From Naegleria gruberi (taxonomy: Eukaryota): a stretch of DNA of 64,000 bases. The position numbers and the translations under genes were made by a program. Where the stretch lies: assembly GCA_000004985.1 (NCBI GenBank), contig GG738852.1; one strand, written 5' to 3'. Positions 41,356-53,885 of the stretch are shown one piece after another; the first letter of the stretch is position 1, and the number at the start of each line of letters is the position of its first letter. Below the pieces are notes generated by a model. The model made no database searches, was not told the DNA's origin, and saw nothing but the letters and a program-made list of their open reading frames with translations.

Positions 41356-44300
41356 TTACTTCTTAATGGTCACTTCACTGGCTGCACATGGAGAGAATTT
41401 AATGTAAACTTCACCCATGGCTGGAGTGGCAAGAGCAGAATCTTTCTTACTGCCAATTAATTTACCTTCCTTGGCTTTCCAATATTCAGCTTCTCTGAGG
41501 ATAAATCTTCTCTCACGTCCAATATTGTGTAAACGAAGGAGGTCTCCAACTTTGACTCTGAATTCACCCATATATTGATCTCTTGTCTTTTGATAGTCCA
41601 TACATTTGACAATTAAATAATCTTCATAATCAAAGATGTGAATAGTATGTGGTTCATGCCAATCAGGATTGACAGTTCTATTGACAATCTTGGTTCTAAC
41701 CTTTTGTTTCTTAGAACCCTTTCTGGTATTCTTTTCATTCAATTTAACTCTGAGGTAAGGATCTGCTGAGCCATGGTCAACCGGTAATAAATTTCTACCT
41801 CTGGAAACTTCCATTTTGAGACCTTCAGGTTTTGGTGCAATATATTTTGGAATGAGATTTACAATATTCTTTTCACCACATCCAACAATCTTCCATCCAC
41901 CCTTGTATAATTCAATGACACACATTGTTACAATAATGTCATTATCACTTTCATCAGCACTATCGTAACCATCCTCATTGACTTCATACTTTTCTTCCTT
42001 CTTAGTATACTTGTCAAGGAAAACACTTCCTGCAGTTTGAACACGAATAATTTCTTGACCTGTTCTCATGCCAACAACACGGCAGTAAACTTGTGAATTT
42101 TCATTGAGGACACTTCTTGATTTGACTTCAATATTTGCAACAATGTATTTGACATTGGAGCTTTCAACAAGATCACGAACACGAACGTCGAATTGTTCTT
42201 CATCATCTTGAGTATAGATGGTTAAAAAGTTAATTGGACGATGCTTGAGTTTGGCATCCATATCACTATATCCATCAAAGACTTTACCAATATATCTTCC
42301 AAAGTGATCATAGAGTTCAACTTCTGCATTGAGAATATGCTTCTGACCACCATTACCAACTACACCGAAACCAAGAACCAAATCTCTCTTATCCTTGACA
42401 AAGTCCTTTGAAACTGAAGTTGTTTCCTTTGCTGGAACTCTGAAAATATCATTAGATGGTTCACTGATATCAAATTGGCACTTTTGCAAGATGGATCTCA
42501 AATATTTACGAGCTGGTGATTGGAATTCTATGATTTCATCCAAAACTTCAATGAACCATTCGTCTCTTTGACCTCCACGATAAGCAATGACAGCCAAATT
42601 GGCATGTTGATGACAATTGAATACTTCCAAAGCATCTGTTGAACCATCAACATTGTAAACATTTCTCATTTTGGCAATACACATGTCAACCTTTTCGTCA
42701 ACATTCCACAATCTGAATGCATTGATTTGCTTTTCAGGAATGAGTGAATAATCCAAACCTTCCTCTTCTTCATTTCCAGAAATATCCTTGAATTTCAACA
42801 AGAAGCACATAAAGTATGGAGCATGAGGTTCCTTGCTATAGTTCAAATCAACACGGTGGAATGAGGACAAACTTTGCAACATTTGATCTTGTCTTGGAAG
42901 TTCATGTTCTTCATCCTCATCTTCTTCTTTGAGAACAAATGAACCAGTCATTTGAATATCACTGTTAGAGTCATTCTTTTTTGAAAGGGCAAGTTTTCTC
43001 TTTCTCAAATCATTTTCTTCATTGACCATGATTGGCTTAGCTCCTGTTAAGAGTTTACCATATTGTGAGAATTCTAACACTTGGAGAGCATCTAAGTTCT
43101 TTACAGTTGAAAAATCGAATCCAACAGTTCTGACTTCTTGCTTTGAGATACGGAAACAACGTGGTTTTTCTTTCTTTTCTTCTGACTTTTCTTCCACAAC
43201 AATCAAATCCAAGTCATCACCAACAGAAACAACTTCTTCAACATTTTCCTTCTTTTCTTGAGGCTTTTCAGCATCACTGGCCTTGTCTTGTTCTGCTAAC
43301 AACTTTTCTGCCTCTCTTTCACGTTCTTCTTCCTCAATTTCTGCCTGTGTTGTCAATTCAATACAAGGAGGTAAATCAATTGTGGTAACATAGGATTGAA
43401 TTTGAGCTTTCAACTTTGGATCGATAAGTGGATGGACACCATATGAATATTCGCCAATATTGCTAATCTTCCATTTGGTAAGTCCAATAAATGATCCAGA
43501 AGATACCATCGAGTTGATTTGATTCTTCTTTGAGGTAAAGTTAATTCCTGAAGATTCATTTGGATTTCTCAAACAAGTCAACTTGCAAGCAATGAAACTT
43601 TGGTGAGCCTTATCAGCAGTGTTCAATTGATATCTGTACAAGTCACCAACTGATGGAGTGGAAATCTTAACAAATGGATCTTTGAGTTCTTGGAAGCCAG
43701 AATCTTGAGCATTGGAAGAAGCAGTCACAACAACCATGATGGAGTGGACAGATTTTGGAAGACGACTCAAATCAATTTCTGCACACAAATCATTTTCCTT
43801 TCCAGACTCGAAGAGATTGTCCTTGTAGAATACAGCTGCAGGAGTTGGTTTGATGGCATGTGAAGAGGTTGACAAGTTATTACTTGAAGCTGTGTTAGAT
43901 GTGGCATTTCTAGGAGAATTGTTTCCAACACTTGGCTTATCGTTAGCAATTGATGAGCTTGAATTTCCAGCAGTAGAAGCTGTATTGGTATGATTTTCAA
44001 TTCTAGCAAGTGAGAGCTTTGGTGTGTATTGATCAATGTGACCAAGACGAGTTCCATATTTACCAAAGAATAGTACTGTAGTTGTTAAATAATATCTAGA
44101 GTATGATCTTCCTGAAAGGGCTTGCCATCCAATGAAAATCTTGACACGATCCTCATTGAAAGTGTAGCTCTTTTGCATGGAAATTTGTGATGCAATGGAT
44201 GGCTTTTCACTTTCCTTCTTTTCATTTTCATCGTAAGGATTTACATCCTTCTTGGCATTGATTTCTTGAAGGAGAGCTTCATCTTTCAAGGTTGGAATGA

Positions 44301-45654
44301 ATGGTGGTTTTTCAGCACTCACTTGAACAGATGACAAATATTTGTGAACCTCTTCAACAATCAATTGATCGATCAAAATCGATCCAGTCAATTCAGAATA
44401 GACACGAACAATATATTCTTCATCATCATCATGATCATCATCTTTGAGTAAATTAGCAATGGCCATATTTTCCTTATTCAAATTCTTCTTTTCCTCCTGA
44501 CGAAGGTGAATAATATAAGTTAAACGATTCTTCATGGAAATGAAAATATTCTCTGGCAATACATCCTTACACATGGCATACATGAAAGCATCAATAAATC
44601 TCTCATTGTGTCCAATATCTACTTGTTTTGAGACAATTTGCCAATAATAACTTGAATTTACACTTGCAGATGTTTCATCTTCTTGGGTAGTTTCATCATT
44701 TTCTTGTTCTGCTGGTTTCAAGTGACTGGAATTTCCAGGACTTTGTGAAATTGATGAATTATCCATAGCTGATCCTTCATCATCGTCATCATCCTTATTG
44801 GTATTCTCTTTTTCCTTTCCAGGTACCACAGATGTTGAAATAACTTCAGCATCTCCTCCTCTCAATTGAATAATTGCAAAAACTTGACCACTGACATCTC
44901 TTTGATTATCAAGTTTTGAAGAAATGGCAAGTTTCAATTCTTGATCATTAACATATTGATACAAATTACAACTAGCAAATGACAGTTCCGATAAAACTGT
45001 TCCAGCATAACAAGAAGCAAGGAAAACAATACAACGAACTTCTTGATCAACTTGTGAAAGATCCAATTCAATATATTCATTGCTATCAGAAATAGCTTTT
45101 TCAAGAGGAATTGTGTCATCTTTCAATTGTTCCTTCCTATTGTTGTTTTGATTAATATAGTTCAATTAGTTTTGTTATTATTTTAGAATAATAATATTGT
45201 AATTTGTTATATGAACATGTTAATATCTAAATAAACATAAGAAGAATACATACATTCTATTAGAATCTAGATTTTTAAATCCATTTCTATCATCACCACT
45301 ATGTTTTAATCCCTTCACTTGATCCAAGTTATTGAAAAAACAAACATCATGAATACCACCATATTTGTTTAAAAGAATGGCAACTAAATCAACATCGTGT
45401 GTTAGTGTAGATTTTGATTTCCATTGTAAAGTTGCTATAAATCGTGTATTAGAAATATTGGATGTGGCTAATGATGGACTTGTTGATGATTCCGTATTTT
45501 GTTGTGGATTGATTGGTGGTAAATTAAAGACAAAATTATGACTGTTTTTAAAGGGAAAAGTTGAGAATGTTGTAGGATTTGTTGTGCTGTGGGTGATGGA
45601 AAGAGGTGAATTTGGAGGTGAGAGAGCAGCAGCAAGTTTGGTTTTATTTAACAT
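41356..45654 (-). CDS. Large multi-TerD-like-domain protein with C-terminal C2 domain; 2 exons
   Basis: join(45654..45254,45136..41356). Exon 1 has the TerD signature THDVDLVAILLNKYGGIHDVCFFNNLDQVKGLKHSGDDRNGFKNLD, then AT|GTATGT. A 117-nt intron ends in ..caacaatag, and G completes an ATG codon in frame. Further TerD-like modules (..VFAIIQLRGGDAEV.., ..HANLAVIAYRGGQRDEWFIEV.., ..YCRVVGMRTGQEIIRV..). C-terminal C2 domain (LLPVDHGSADPYLRVKL...NPDWHEPHTIHIF). Confidence 0.6.
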
Positions 45655-45832
45655 TTTTTTATGATTGTTTATTGAAGAACGTTGATGGATGACATGACAA
45701 GTTTTTATCTACAGTTTGATTTTTCTTAAATCTTCTGATTGAAACTTTCCTTAAAACTTATTTCTCCCTAACAAACGTTTTTTCAAAATTATCATCACTT
45801 CAAGGTAACAACAACAATTTTCAAACTACAAT

Positions 45833-45846
45833 TTTGGCGGTCAAAT
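45833..45846. promoter_or_regulatory. E2F-like motif TTTTGGCGGTCAAA in divergent promoter
   Basis: GC box in the AT-rich spacer between the TerD/C2 gene (start 45654, minus) and the kelch gene (start 46068, plus). Weaker match than the other sites. Confidence 0.25.
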
Positions 45847-46067
45847 TCATTTCTTATTATTCGTTGAGCAAAAATCAAAAGAAGAGAGAACTGCTTTTGC
45901 TATCTATTTTCATAACTTGGAAAACTTTCAAAAAATTAAAAGAAAAAATTTAATGCTTCTTGTGTTGGATAACAGTGTTGCAGCGGTTCGATAGTAAGAA
46001 GAAGACTTGAACACAATTCTCTCTCTTGTTATCACTTACAACATTTAATTCTTTTTCTCTCTACAAA

Positions 46068-49000
46068 ATGCCTCCTAATCAAAGTAGTAGCAGCTCTAGT
46101 AACAGTCCCTATATGATACCTCCTCATTTAGCTACGCCCTCTCATCATCATGAAAGACATTCATCAGAGTATTCGGAAGAGTCAACCATTTTGACTACAC
46201 GAGGAGATAATCATTTTAGAAATAATTCTCAACCTGCATCATTTACTACAAATAATTTGGCATCTAGATCAAAATCTAATCCACCTGTAGGAACCAAAAT
46301 ATATGGACAAGGAATGCCAATACCTTTTGGAGTCCTTGATAGTTATACACCACCTCCTTTGAAATCTAGTAATAGTACTTCAAATGTAAATACAAAATCA
46401 CCATCCATCCCTCCTTCATCTCCATCAACAATAGGAAAAAACAAAAAAGAAGAAATACAAATTAATAATACATCGGAATGGTTTACATTGACAACACAGA
46501 ATCATGATTCTTTATTTCCTCTGGAAGGTCATCAAATTTTCTACTGGGAACAATGTTTGGAGGATGAAGATGATTTGACGAGTAGTGTTGAATCGACATC
46601 AATTTTCAATAGGTCACTCAACATGATTGTATTATTTGGAGGAACAGGTCCTATTCGTGGTAATACTAATCAAATATATTGTATGGTACAAAAACATTCG
46701 AGTATCAATTCAAAGCCAACTACTAATATTTCAAATTCTCAAAGTTGTTCACACCAATGGATTCCAGTCCCAAGTCATTATATTCCAAATTATTTTCCAC
46801 CTTCTCTCACTAGTGCCAGTAGTAATGATATTGAGAAATTAGAAAGAAAATCCTCCAAATCTAATATTTTGAGTAATTCTAACCAAGGTGCATCATCTCC
46901 AAGACGTTCATCATTCGAATTATCTTCAATTGCAGAGGATGGATCAACTGAAATACCACTCTACAAATCAAGATATGACCACTCATTAGTATTATGTGGA
47001 AATAATAAGGCTTACCTGTTTGGTGGAAGAAATGGCATGTTCACCAAGACTCCACTTCAAGACTTTATTCTCTACTCTCTTGATATGGATATTTCCAATC
47101 AATTCACATGGGAGATGGCCCACATCCCACCAAAGAATGATAGAGACCCATCAATATTGAAACAATCTCAAAGAGGGTTGGACGATTTATACAACAGAGA
47201 GTCACCAATTCCAAGATATGGACATTCATGTTGTGCTGTAAATCAAAAACAATCGGTACTCCAACGATCTAATAGTACTAACACAGGAAGCTCTCAAGCT
47301 ATCATAGAATTGAATTCTGAATCTGATACACTCTCTGATTTATCTATTGGAGGTTTAAATAACAATTTTGAAAGCAATTCTTCAAGTGCCAGTACTGGGT
47401 CAACCAGATTTAACACTGATGGAGGTGTTGTTTTAGATTGTGCAATGCTTCTCTTTGGAGGAGTAGCATTCACAGATTATTCTGGCTCTAAAAAATGTAA
47501 AGAAACTAACGATTTTTGGATGTTTAATTGTAAGGAACGAAAATGGCTTTCTTATCCAAGCATTATTCAGAGATACTTTAAAAATTCTTCTAGCATTTTA
47601 CAATTCAAAACTGATGACAAGTATATGCAAGAAATTTCTCTCTCCTCTTCAGCAAGTGGAACAAGCTCTTCCAATAGCGAGAGTAGAAAACAAACCAAAA
47701 AACCAGCAAACAATAATATTATTTCAATCCACAGCTCATTCGTACCAGAGGCCAGGTATGGCCATCAGATGTGTGTTGTATCCAACTCGTTGATTTTCGT
47801 AATTGGTGGAGCGACACTAAATAAGGACGCCATGTACAAAGATGTTTGGGTTCTTTCGCTTAGTACTTTCGAATGGAGAAAGGTAAATTTGCTTCACAAT
47901 AAGAATAATGAACAGTTTATCAATAAGATACCTATTCGTTACGCTTCTCACGTAGTTGTTGGTAGAAGAATATTACTCTATGGAGGACAGTTATCATACA
48001 AAACTGGTGATTATCTGACAGAGCTTCTTTGTTTTGATACTGAAACCTATAGATTTTCAATAATTGAAAACAGTATTTCTCCAAAATTTGATACTGGCCT
48101 TGTAAAGGCAACTATGATTCTTTACGGAATTGATCTTTTAATTATTGGAGGTAAAAGAGGTGTTAGCTCATATAGATATAACGATAGTGTTCAGGCATTC
48201 TCTTTCAAATTGCATTCCATATCCAAAACTAATCAAAAATTTATTAGAGAAAACACTAAAATGAAAAAATCTAATCAAATTCTGACTCCTAACGAAATTA
48301 CATTTGAGATACCTACATTTGGAGATGAAGATGATGAGTTTGATATTGCTAATTCTGTTAAAATTGATTTAATATCTCAAATTCTATTAAGTGAAATGTC
48401 AAGCAGTGATTTCTCAAGAAAAGAGGCTCTTAAATACCTTTCAGAAGTGAAGCAAATAGATATTGTAAAACAATTATTTAGAAACAATTCCATTCACAAA
48501 GCTCTATCGATAATTATGCAATCGGGATCCAAGTCTGATATCAGACAGACTGCCAAAGTTTTAATCAGATACTTTAAAGATACTGACCAAGGTACACTAC
48601 CATTTATCATTGCTCGACAAGTACTAAAATTCATTGAAAGCTATTTGACCTTGATTAACACCCTTATCAAACTTCGAGAACCAATCAGCCAAACATTACA
48701 TTTAGATTATCTTAATTTATTCCACTTAATGTGTCAAAATTTTGAATATTATGAATCTCTATCAAAGGAGCTCATTTCAGTGTTTCAACAATGTTTCAAG
48801 TTGAGTGATCCATTATCAAAGGCATCCCTAGATATTTTACAACTAGCCGTTTCATCTGTTGAGTTCTTATCACTTAATGCAATGCATTTCGCATCAAAGT
48901 GTGATAAGGAAACAAGTATAATATTTAGAGATTTTATAACTCTTTGCAACGAGGCTAAATCCAAGACAGCTAAAAACTTGGAAGATAATCCAATAGAAAT

Positions 49001-49142
49001 GCAAGGATCTATCCTTAAGCTTGATGAATTGGTAAACAAACTTCGCCAATCCCTCTTCAGACTTTCATCAAGAAGCAAACCAATCAAAAAATACCTTGGA
49101 AAATTACTGAAACGAAGTGAAGAAGATGATGATGATATGTAA
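46068..49142 (+). CDS. Kelch-repeat (beta-propeller) protein with helical C-terminal domain
   Basis: Track ORF starts at TTG 46026; ATG 46068 (MPPNQSSS). Six kelch-like blades (..RYDHSLVL..LFGGRNG; ..RYGHSCCAV; ..LLFGGVAF..DFWMF..KWL; ..RYGHQMCVV..IFVIGG..VWVLSL..EWRKV; ..ASHVVVGRRILLYGG; ..ATMILYGIDLLIIGG). S/N-rich N-terminus. Confidence 0.6.
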   Translation: MPPNQSSSSSSNSPYMIPPHLATPSHHHERHSSEYSEESTILTTRGDNHFRNNSQPASFTTNNLASRSKSNPPVGTKIYGQGMPIPFGVLDSYTPPPLKSSNSTSNVNTKSPSIPPSSPSTIGKNKKEEIQINNTSEWFTLTTQNHDSLFPLEGHQIFYWEQCLEDEDDLTSSVESTSIFNRSLNMIVLFGGTGPIRGNTNQIYCMVQKHSSINSKPTTNISNSQSCSHQWIPVPSHYIPNYFPPSLTSASSNDIEKLERKSSKSNILSNSNQGASSPRRSSFELSSIAEDGSTEIPLYKSRYDHSLVLCGNNKAYLFGGRNGMFTKTPLQDFILYSLDMDISNQFTWEMAHIPPKNDRDPSILKQSQRGLDDLYNRESPIPRYGHSCCAVNQKQSVLQRSNSTNTGSSQAIIELNSESDTLSDLSIGGLNNNFESNSSSASTGSTRFNTDGGVVLDCAMLLFGGVAFTDYSGSKKCKETNDFWMFNCKERKWLSYPSIIQRYFKNSSSILQFKTDDKYMQEISLSSSASGTSSSNSESRKQTKKPANNNIISIHSSFVPEARYGHQMCVVSNSLIFVIGGATLNKDAMYKDVWVLSLSTFEWRKVNLLHNKNNEQFINKIPIRYASHVVVGRRILLYGGQLSYKTGDYLTELLCFDTETYRFSIIENSISPKFDTGLVKATMILYGIDLLIIGGKRGVSSYRYNDSVQAFSFKLHSISKTNQKFIRENTKMKKSNQILTPNEITFEIPTFGDEDDEFDIANSVKIDLISQILLSEMSSSDFSRKEALKYLSEVKQIDIVKQLFRNNSIHKALSIIMQSGSKSDIRQTAKVLIRYFKDTDQGTLPFIIARQVLKFIESYLTLINTLIKLREPISQTLHLDYLNLFHLMCQNFEYYESLSKELISVFQQCFKLSDPLSKASLDILQLAVSSVEFLSLNAMHFASKCDKETSIIFRDFITLCNEAKSKTAKNLEDNPIEMQGSILKLDELVNKLRQSLFRLSSRSKPIKKYLGKLLKRSEEDDDDM

Positions 49143-49639
49143 CAATAATTCATAAATGAAAGTAATAATCTGAGTAGATTGGGTATTATGTTTTTTTCTG
49201 GGACAATCATCAATTATCATTGGCCAATTAGAAGACATGTCAATTTACACATTGACATTTAAAAATTAATTATAGCAAGTCTTTTGCCATCGTATCGCTT
49301 ACCAAATATATATCTGTATGTACATTGCTGGTTGAGTTGACTTACTGAGCAACACCATAACATATCAGCTGGAATAGTTCATTTAACTACAGTACAAACG
49401 TTTCTAATAATGCTTTACATACCAACACTAGTCATTTCCCTCCATATTTAAAAACCCTTTCGTTATCTAAATGATCGGCAGCACTAAGGTGTCAGTGGCT
49501 TGTATTAGAACAAATAAGCTGTAGCCTTCCAAATATTAACAAGAAAACCCGACATATTATTTGAACGTTAAAGTGCACTCACCATCTATCGATTATGCCA
49601 CAAGCTGCATTGCAACATTATTAAAAAAACAATTTAAAG

Positions 49640-50938
49640 ATGTTCGACACCTCGGTACTAGAAGAACCAATAGATCTCTACTCAATATTGATGCTCCAGC
49701 AAAGCAATACCACCACTACCAACTCAACCACAACAAATTCTACCGTTACGCATGCTAGCATCGCAGCAACTTTCCCACAAATGATGGAGAATGCTCTCTC
49801 AATCTCCAATTCAATCTTGTACATTATCATCTACTCTATTCTCATGGCTATCATGACTGGTTTCCTCATCAAATACAAGCAAGACATGAAGAGAAACCAG
49901 AAAATTCTCTATGGTCTTGTCTTTTTATGTATTCTCACACAATATTTTGGTTTAATTTTCAGATTAGTTTACAATGGTGAAGCCCTATGGATGAACATGA
50001 CATTTCCTGATTATTCGAAATCATTGACCCAAATCAACTACTACAAGACTGTTCTCTATGTATTTTCATTCCTTGAAAATTTGTTTGTTGTCTTTCAGAC
50101 TGTTAATATTATCATTGTGATTTGTTTTATGCAGAACTTGTTGTAAGTATTTTCTGATATGATTATTTAAACATTACATCATGTTAGTTTGAATACTGTC
50201 AAATTGTCAGGTGCTATGACCAATGGAGTTTATAAAGGGTTGAAGTGGACTATTAACATTGTGAGCTTACTTTGTGCTGTCATCATGAGTATTATGGTCA
50301 TTTTGAATAGTGCCATTGGATTAATATCTAAAATGCAGGTTGCCAACTTGAATACCCTTCCAATTATTGTTACCATCTTTTTAATTTTCCTAGCAACTGT
50401 CATTGTTGAAACTGTATTGTTCCTTGCCTTGGGTATTCGTTTATTGTTAGTTGTGAGAAAGAACAGTCTCAATATTTCACAAGCTAAGGACAAGATTTCA
50501 TTCCTTCAAAGACCTGAAGTCAGAATTAGTGGATTAATTATTGGAATGTTAGTCAGTGCCTATATCCAAGTATTGGCAGCTGTTGTATCTGTTTTCACTA
50601 CTTCCTATGCCTCCTATTTGCACATTTTTGATTACTTTTTACAAGCTTTTGGTATTCTAGTTTTTGCAGTATTCGTCTTGCTTCTCTACAATCCATTGGT
50701 TTCGTATAGTGTTTCCTCTAAATCTTCAACATCAAGCCAAGCTCTCGATGATGTCAAGACCCACAGTGAAAGAACTGACTCTGCACACAACAGAAGACTC
50801 TCCTCTGCTCGAAGTGCCATCAACAAACAAACCAGTAATTTGAGTGATGCCTATGAGAAGGTACTTTCTCCTTCCACAACTACATCTACTTCGGTCTCTT
50901 CTCCCATCGGAAACAATGATTCTTTCACTAAGGTGTAA
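49640..50938 (+). CDS. Seven-transmembrane receptor-like protein (GPCR-like), paralog 1; 2 exons
   Basis: join(49640..50142,50188..50938). Exon 1 ends ..QNL TT|GTAAGT. A 45-nt intron ends in gttag, phase 2 in frame. Seven hydrophobic helices (3 in exon 1, 4 in exon 2) and an S/T-rich cytoplasmic tail. Confidence 0.6.
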
Positions 50939-51159
50939 ATAAACCCACAACAACAGATTCAATTTTTACACCTTTTAAAAGACCGTTCGTTATGTGGTTT
51001 TATGGCGTACAATTTACAAATGAAATCCAAGTCAAATTGCCAAACAGAGAAATTTACAAAACCAAACAGAGATATGAGTGAGGGTTTCTAAATCCCTACC
51101 CATCAATAACAATGTTGAAAGATGGCAACAACAAGATTCAAAAAAAAAGTTAAGAACAA

Positions 51160-52491
51160 ATGTTTTGGGACAATCGACATCATTTTCACACTTTCAATAG
51201 TGGTTCTCTGCAAACATCATCAACAACAACACTTCTCTCCACAACAGCAACATCAACAACAAATACTTCATCAACAAACACAACAACAGATTACTCCAAA
51301 ATAATTCCTCAGCTGACAGAGAATGCATCGTCAATAGCAAATTCCATATTCTTTATTATTATTTATTCGATTCTGTTGGCATGTATTTTGGCTTTTTATA
51401 TTAAATCGAGAAAGCAAATGAAGAGGAATCAGAAAATTCTCTTTCTATTGGTTGGAATTTGTATTATTGTGCAATATTTGGGTTTAGTTTGGAGATTAGT
51501 TTATAATGGAACAGGTCTACACATTAACATTAATTATTCTGACTATTCTGAAATTACCAATTTCGAAGAGTATTTAATTGTACTCTATGTTTCATCAACT
51601 TTTGAGAATGCACTCGTATTGAGTCAGGTGATTAATATTATTATTGTCACTTGCTTTATTCAGAACATGTTGTAAGTAATTTTGTGACACAAATTCCACA
51701 ATATTGACATTCACAGTTTGAGAACTGTTGAGAATGCTGGAGCTATGAGTAAGAAAGTCTACAAGATTTTGAAATATCTCATCAATATCGCTAGTATATT
51801 ATTTGCAGTACTTGTCACACCACTTATCATTCTCAATTCTTCCATTAATTTGGCAACCAAAATGCAAGTTGTGAAATTTGACGTTACACCAATCATTGTG
51901 GTTATTGTAGTCACATTTGTCTTGGTAATATTTGGAGAATTAACAATATTTATTACATTAGGAGCCAGATTATTGTACGTTGTAAAACAGAACTCTCTCA
52001 AAATATCACAAATGAAACATAGTGAACAAGCAACTTTGAAAGAGATTCTTCAAAGACCTTATTCGAAAATTGTTGGACTTATCCTTGGAATTTTATTGAG
52101 CTCACTGCTCCAATTTATTGCTGGAATTATTTCGTTTTTGACCTCAAACTATGCTTCATATTTACATATATTGGATTATTTCTTACAAGCTTTTGGAATT
52201 TTACTGTTTGCAGTTCTGGTCTTGCTTGTTTACAATCCATTGGTACTTTCACATAATAGTATTGGAAGCTCAACTGTGAATCCAAATGATGAGCCACCTT
52301 CTCAGATTTCCAGTGCCAGACTACCATCCTCAAAAAGAAAAACCATGAGTACAAAGAGTATGGAATTGAGACACTCACCAAAGAATCAAACTACAAGTCA
52401 ACATGAAAAGGAGGAACACATTGATGAAAGTGTCTCTACTCGCAATGATGGTGAGCAACCAATCTCCACTCCAGGTGAATCTCAAGTTTAA
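51160..52491 (+). CDS. Seven-transmembrane receptor-like protein, paralog 2 (tandem duplicate of 49640 gene); 2 exons
   Basis: join(51160..51671,51717..52491). Same architecture. A 45-nt intron (GTAAGT..cacag) sits at the identical position after ..CFIQNM TT. Collinear similarity to paralog 1 (IIIYSIL..KRNQKIL..YNG, SYASYLHI.DYFLQAFGIL.FAV.VLL.YNPLV). Confidence 0.6.
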
Positions 52492-52621
52492 TACCAATTG
52501 GAATAAACCAGAGTGCACCAATTCCATCACAACAAAACCAACTTTCTAATAATGTGATTCTAAACAAACTAATCTCATAATCTCATTCAGTTGATCATTT
52601 AATTTGAATACACTAAAAAAA

Positions 52622-53863
52622 ATGCCTTGTTCCACTAATAACGATCCCAATGCGTTATTTTACGACTTGACTGATTCCTTCAGTGCAGAGAGACAATTAT
52701 TTACTCACTGCATTCAAAATGATGAAATTTTAAATAATCTCATAATGTTTTCCTCCATTGGACAAATTGTTCCGAATCTTTATATTGGATATGAACAGTC
52801 AGATCATACTAGATATCCAAAAGATGAAGATGATATTTATAATGATATTTTGGATATGGATGGTCTCAAGAGTATTCGAGTGAAATTGAAAAATGTCAAG
52901 TTGGTGCCTGATGATGGTTTAGTGGTGCGTTCTTGCAATGGCTATAGTACCATTCAATTTAATCCATTAGAAATACACGAAAAAGAATTGACAGAATTTG
53001 AATTTGAAAAGAAGGGAAAAGTCCCGATCATGATTGAATTCAAGAAGGAAAATACCCAAATTCATGCACTTAATCAAGATTTACTATGCTACTTGTTCCA
53101 GTTTGTTGACACTAAGAGTTTACTTGCAAATTACTCTCAAGTCTGTTCGAATTGGTTCAGAATGATCTATTTTGATAAATCAAATGCAATGAATTATCTA
53201 TTCGAGAATAGGACAGTTTCTTTCTTTGAGAAGAGAGGTGCAAGCTCTGAAACAATTCACACCTTGAAAAGATTGAACGAAAGATATCAACTAGATTGGT
53301 TGGAAACATACATGATGAGTGGAATGTTTCATTTTGAAATGGATGGAGAGGAAATTATGGACGAATTACAGACTCTGCTAGTATATTCTAGTGAGGAAAA
53401 ATCATTTTTCTACACTTCAATTATCTTGGATCCACTTCAATATTTAAGAGATGTTATAACAGAGGATCACATCTTGTTCGAGAAACTTTCCAAACATACT
53501 CGTAAAGTAGTTTCAGTTTCAAAGAATTGTATCAGTTCAGCCATTGATCAACATATTCTAAATGGATTTGTCTCCAATTTGGTTGGTTTGGACTCCACTG
53601 ATGATAATGTGTTATCAATTGTGGAGAGAATCTTACTCTCCCCATGCACAACCCCTCTCGCAAAAGATCAATTATCAATTGATATTAAAAAGTCAATCCC
53701 TTTCTACATTGACTTTTTAAGAGAATTGAGTGTTAAATTGCAACCTTTACTTGCCCAAACTCAATATATGCACACTAAATCACCCGAAAGAGCAGAGGCA
53801 ATATATTGGATTAATGCTTGTTTAATTCGAATGAGGGAAAAAGCTCATCATTTCCTTTGCTAA
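52622..53863 (+). CDS. F-box protein
   Basis: Track ORF starts at TTG 52604; ATG 52622 (MPCSTNND). F-box LNQDLLCYLFQFVDTKSLLANYSQVCSNWFRMIY. The rest is unrecognised. Confidence 0.5.
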   Translation: MPCSTNNDPNALFYDLTDSFSAERQLFTHCIQNDEILNNLIMFSSIGQIVPNLYIGYEQSDHTRYPKDEDDIYNDILDMDGLKSIRVKLKNVKLVPDDGLVVRSCNGYSTIQFNPLEIHEKELTEFEFEKKGKVPIMIEFKKENTQIHALNQDLLCYLFQFVDTKSLLANYSQVCSNWFRMIYFDKSNAMNYLFENRTVSFFEKRGASSETIHTLKRLNERYQLDWLETYMMSGMFHFEMDGEEIMDELQTLLVYSSEEKSFFYTSIILDPLQYLRDVITEDHILFEKLSKHTRKVVSVSKNCISSAIDQHILNGFVSNLVGLDSTDDNVLSIVERILLSPCTTPLAKDQLSIDIKKSIPFYIDFLRELSVKLQPLLAQTQYMHTKSPERAEAIYWINACLIRMREKAHHFLC

Positions 53864-53885
53864 TGAGTACAAACATACAAGTGGA

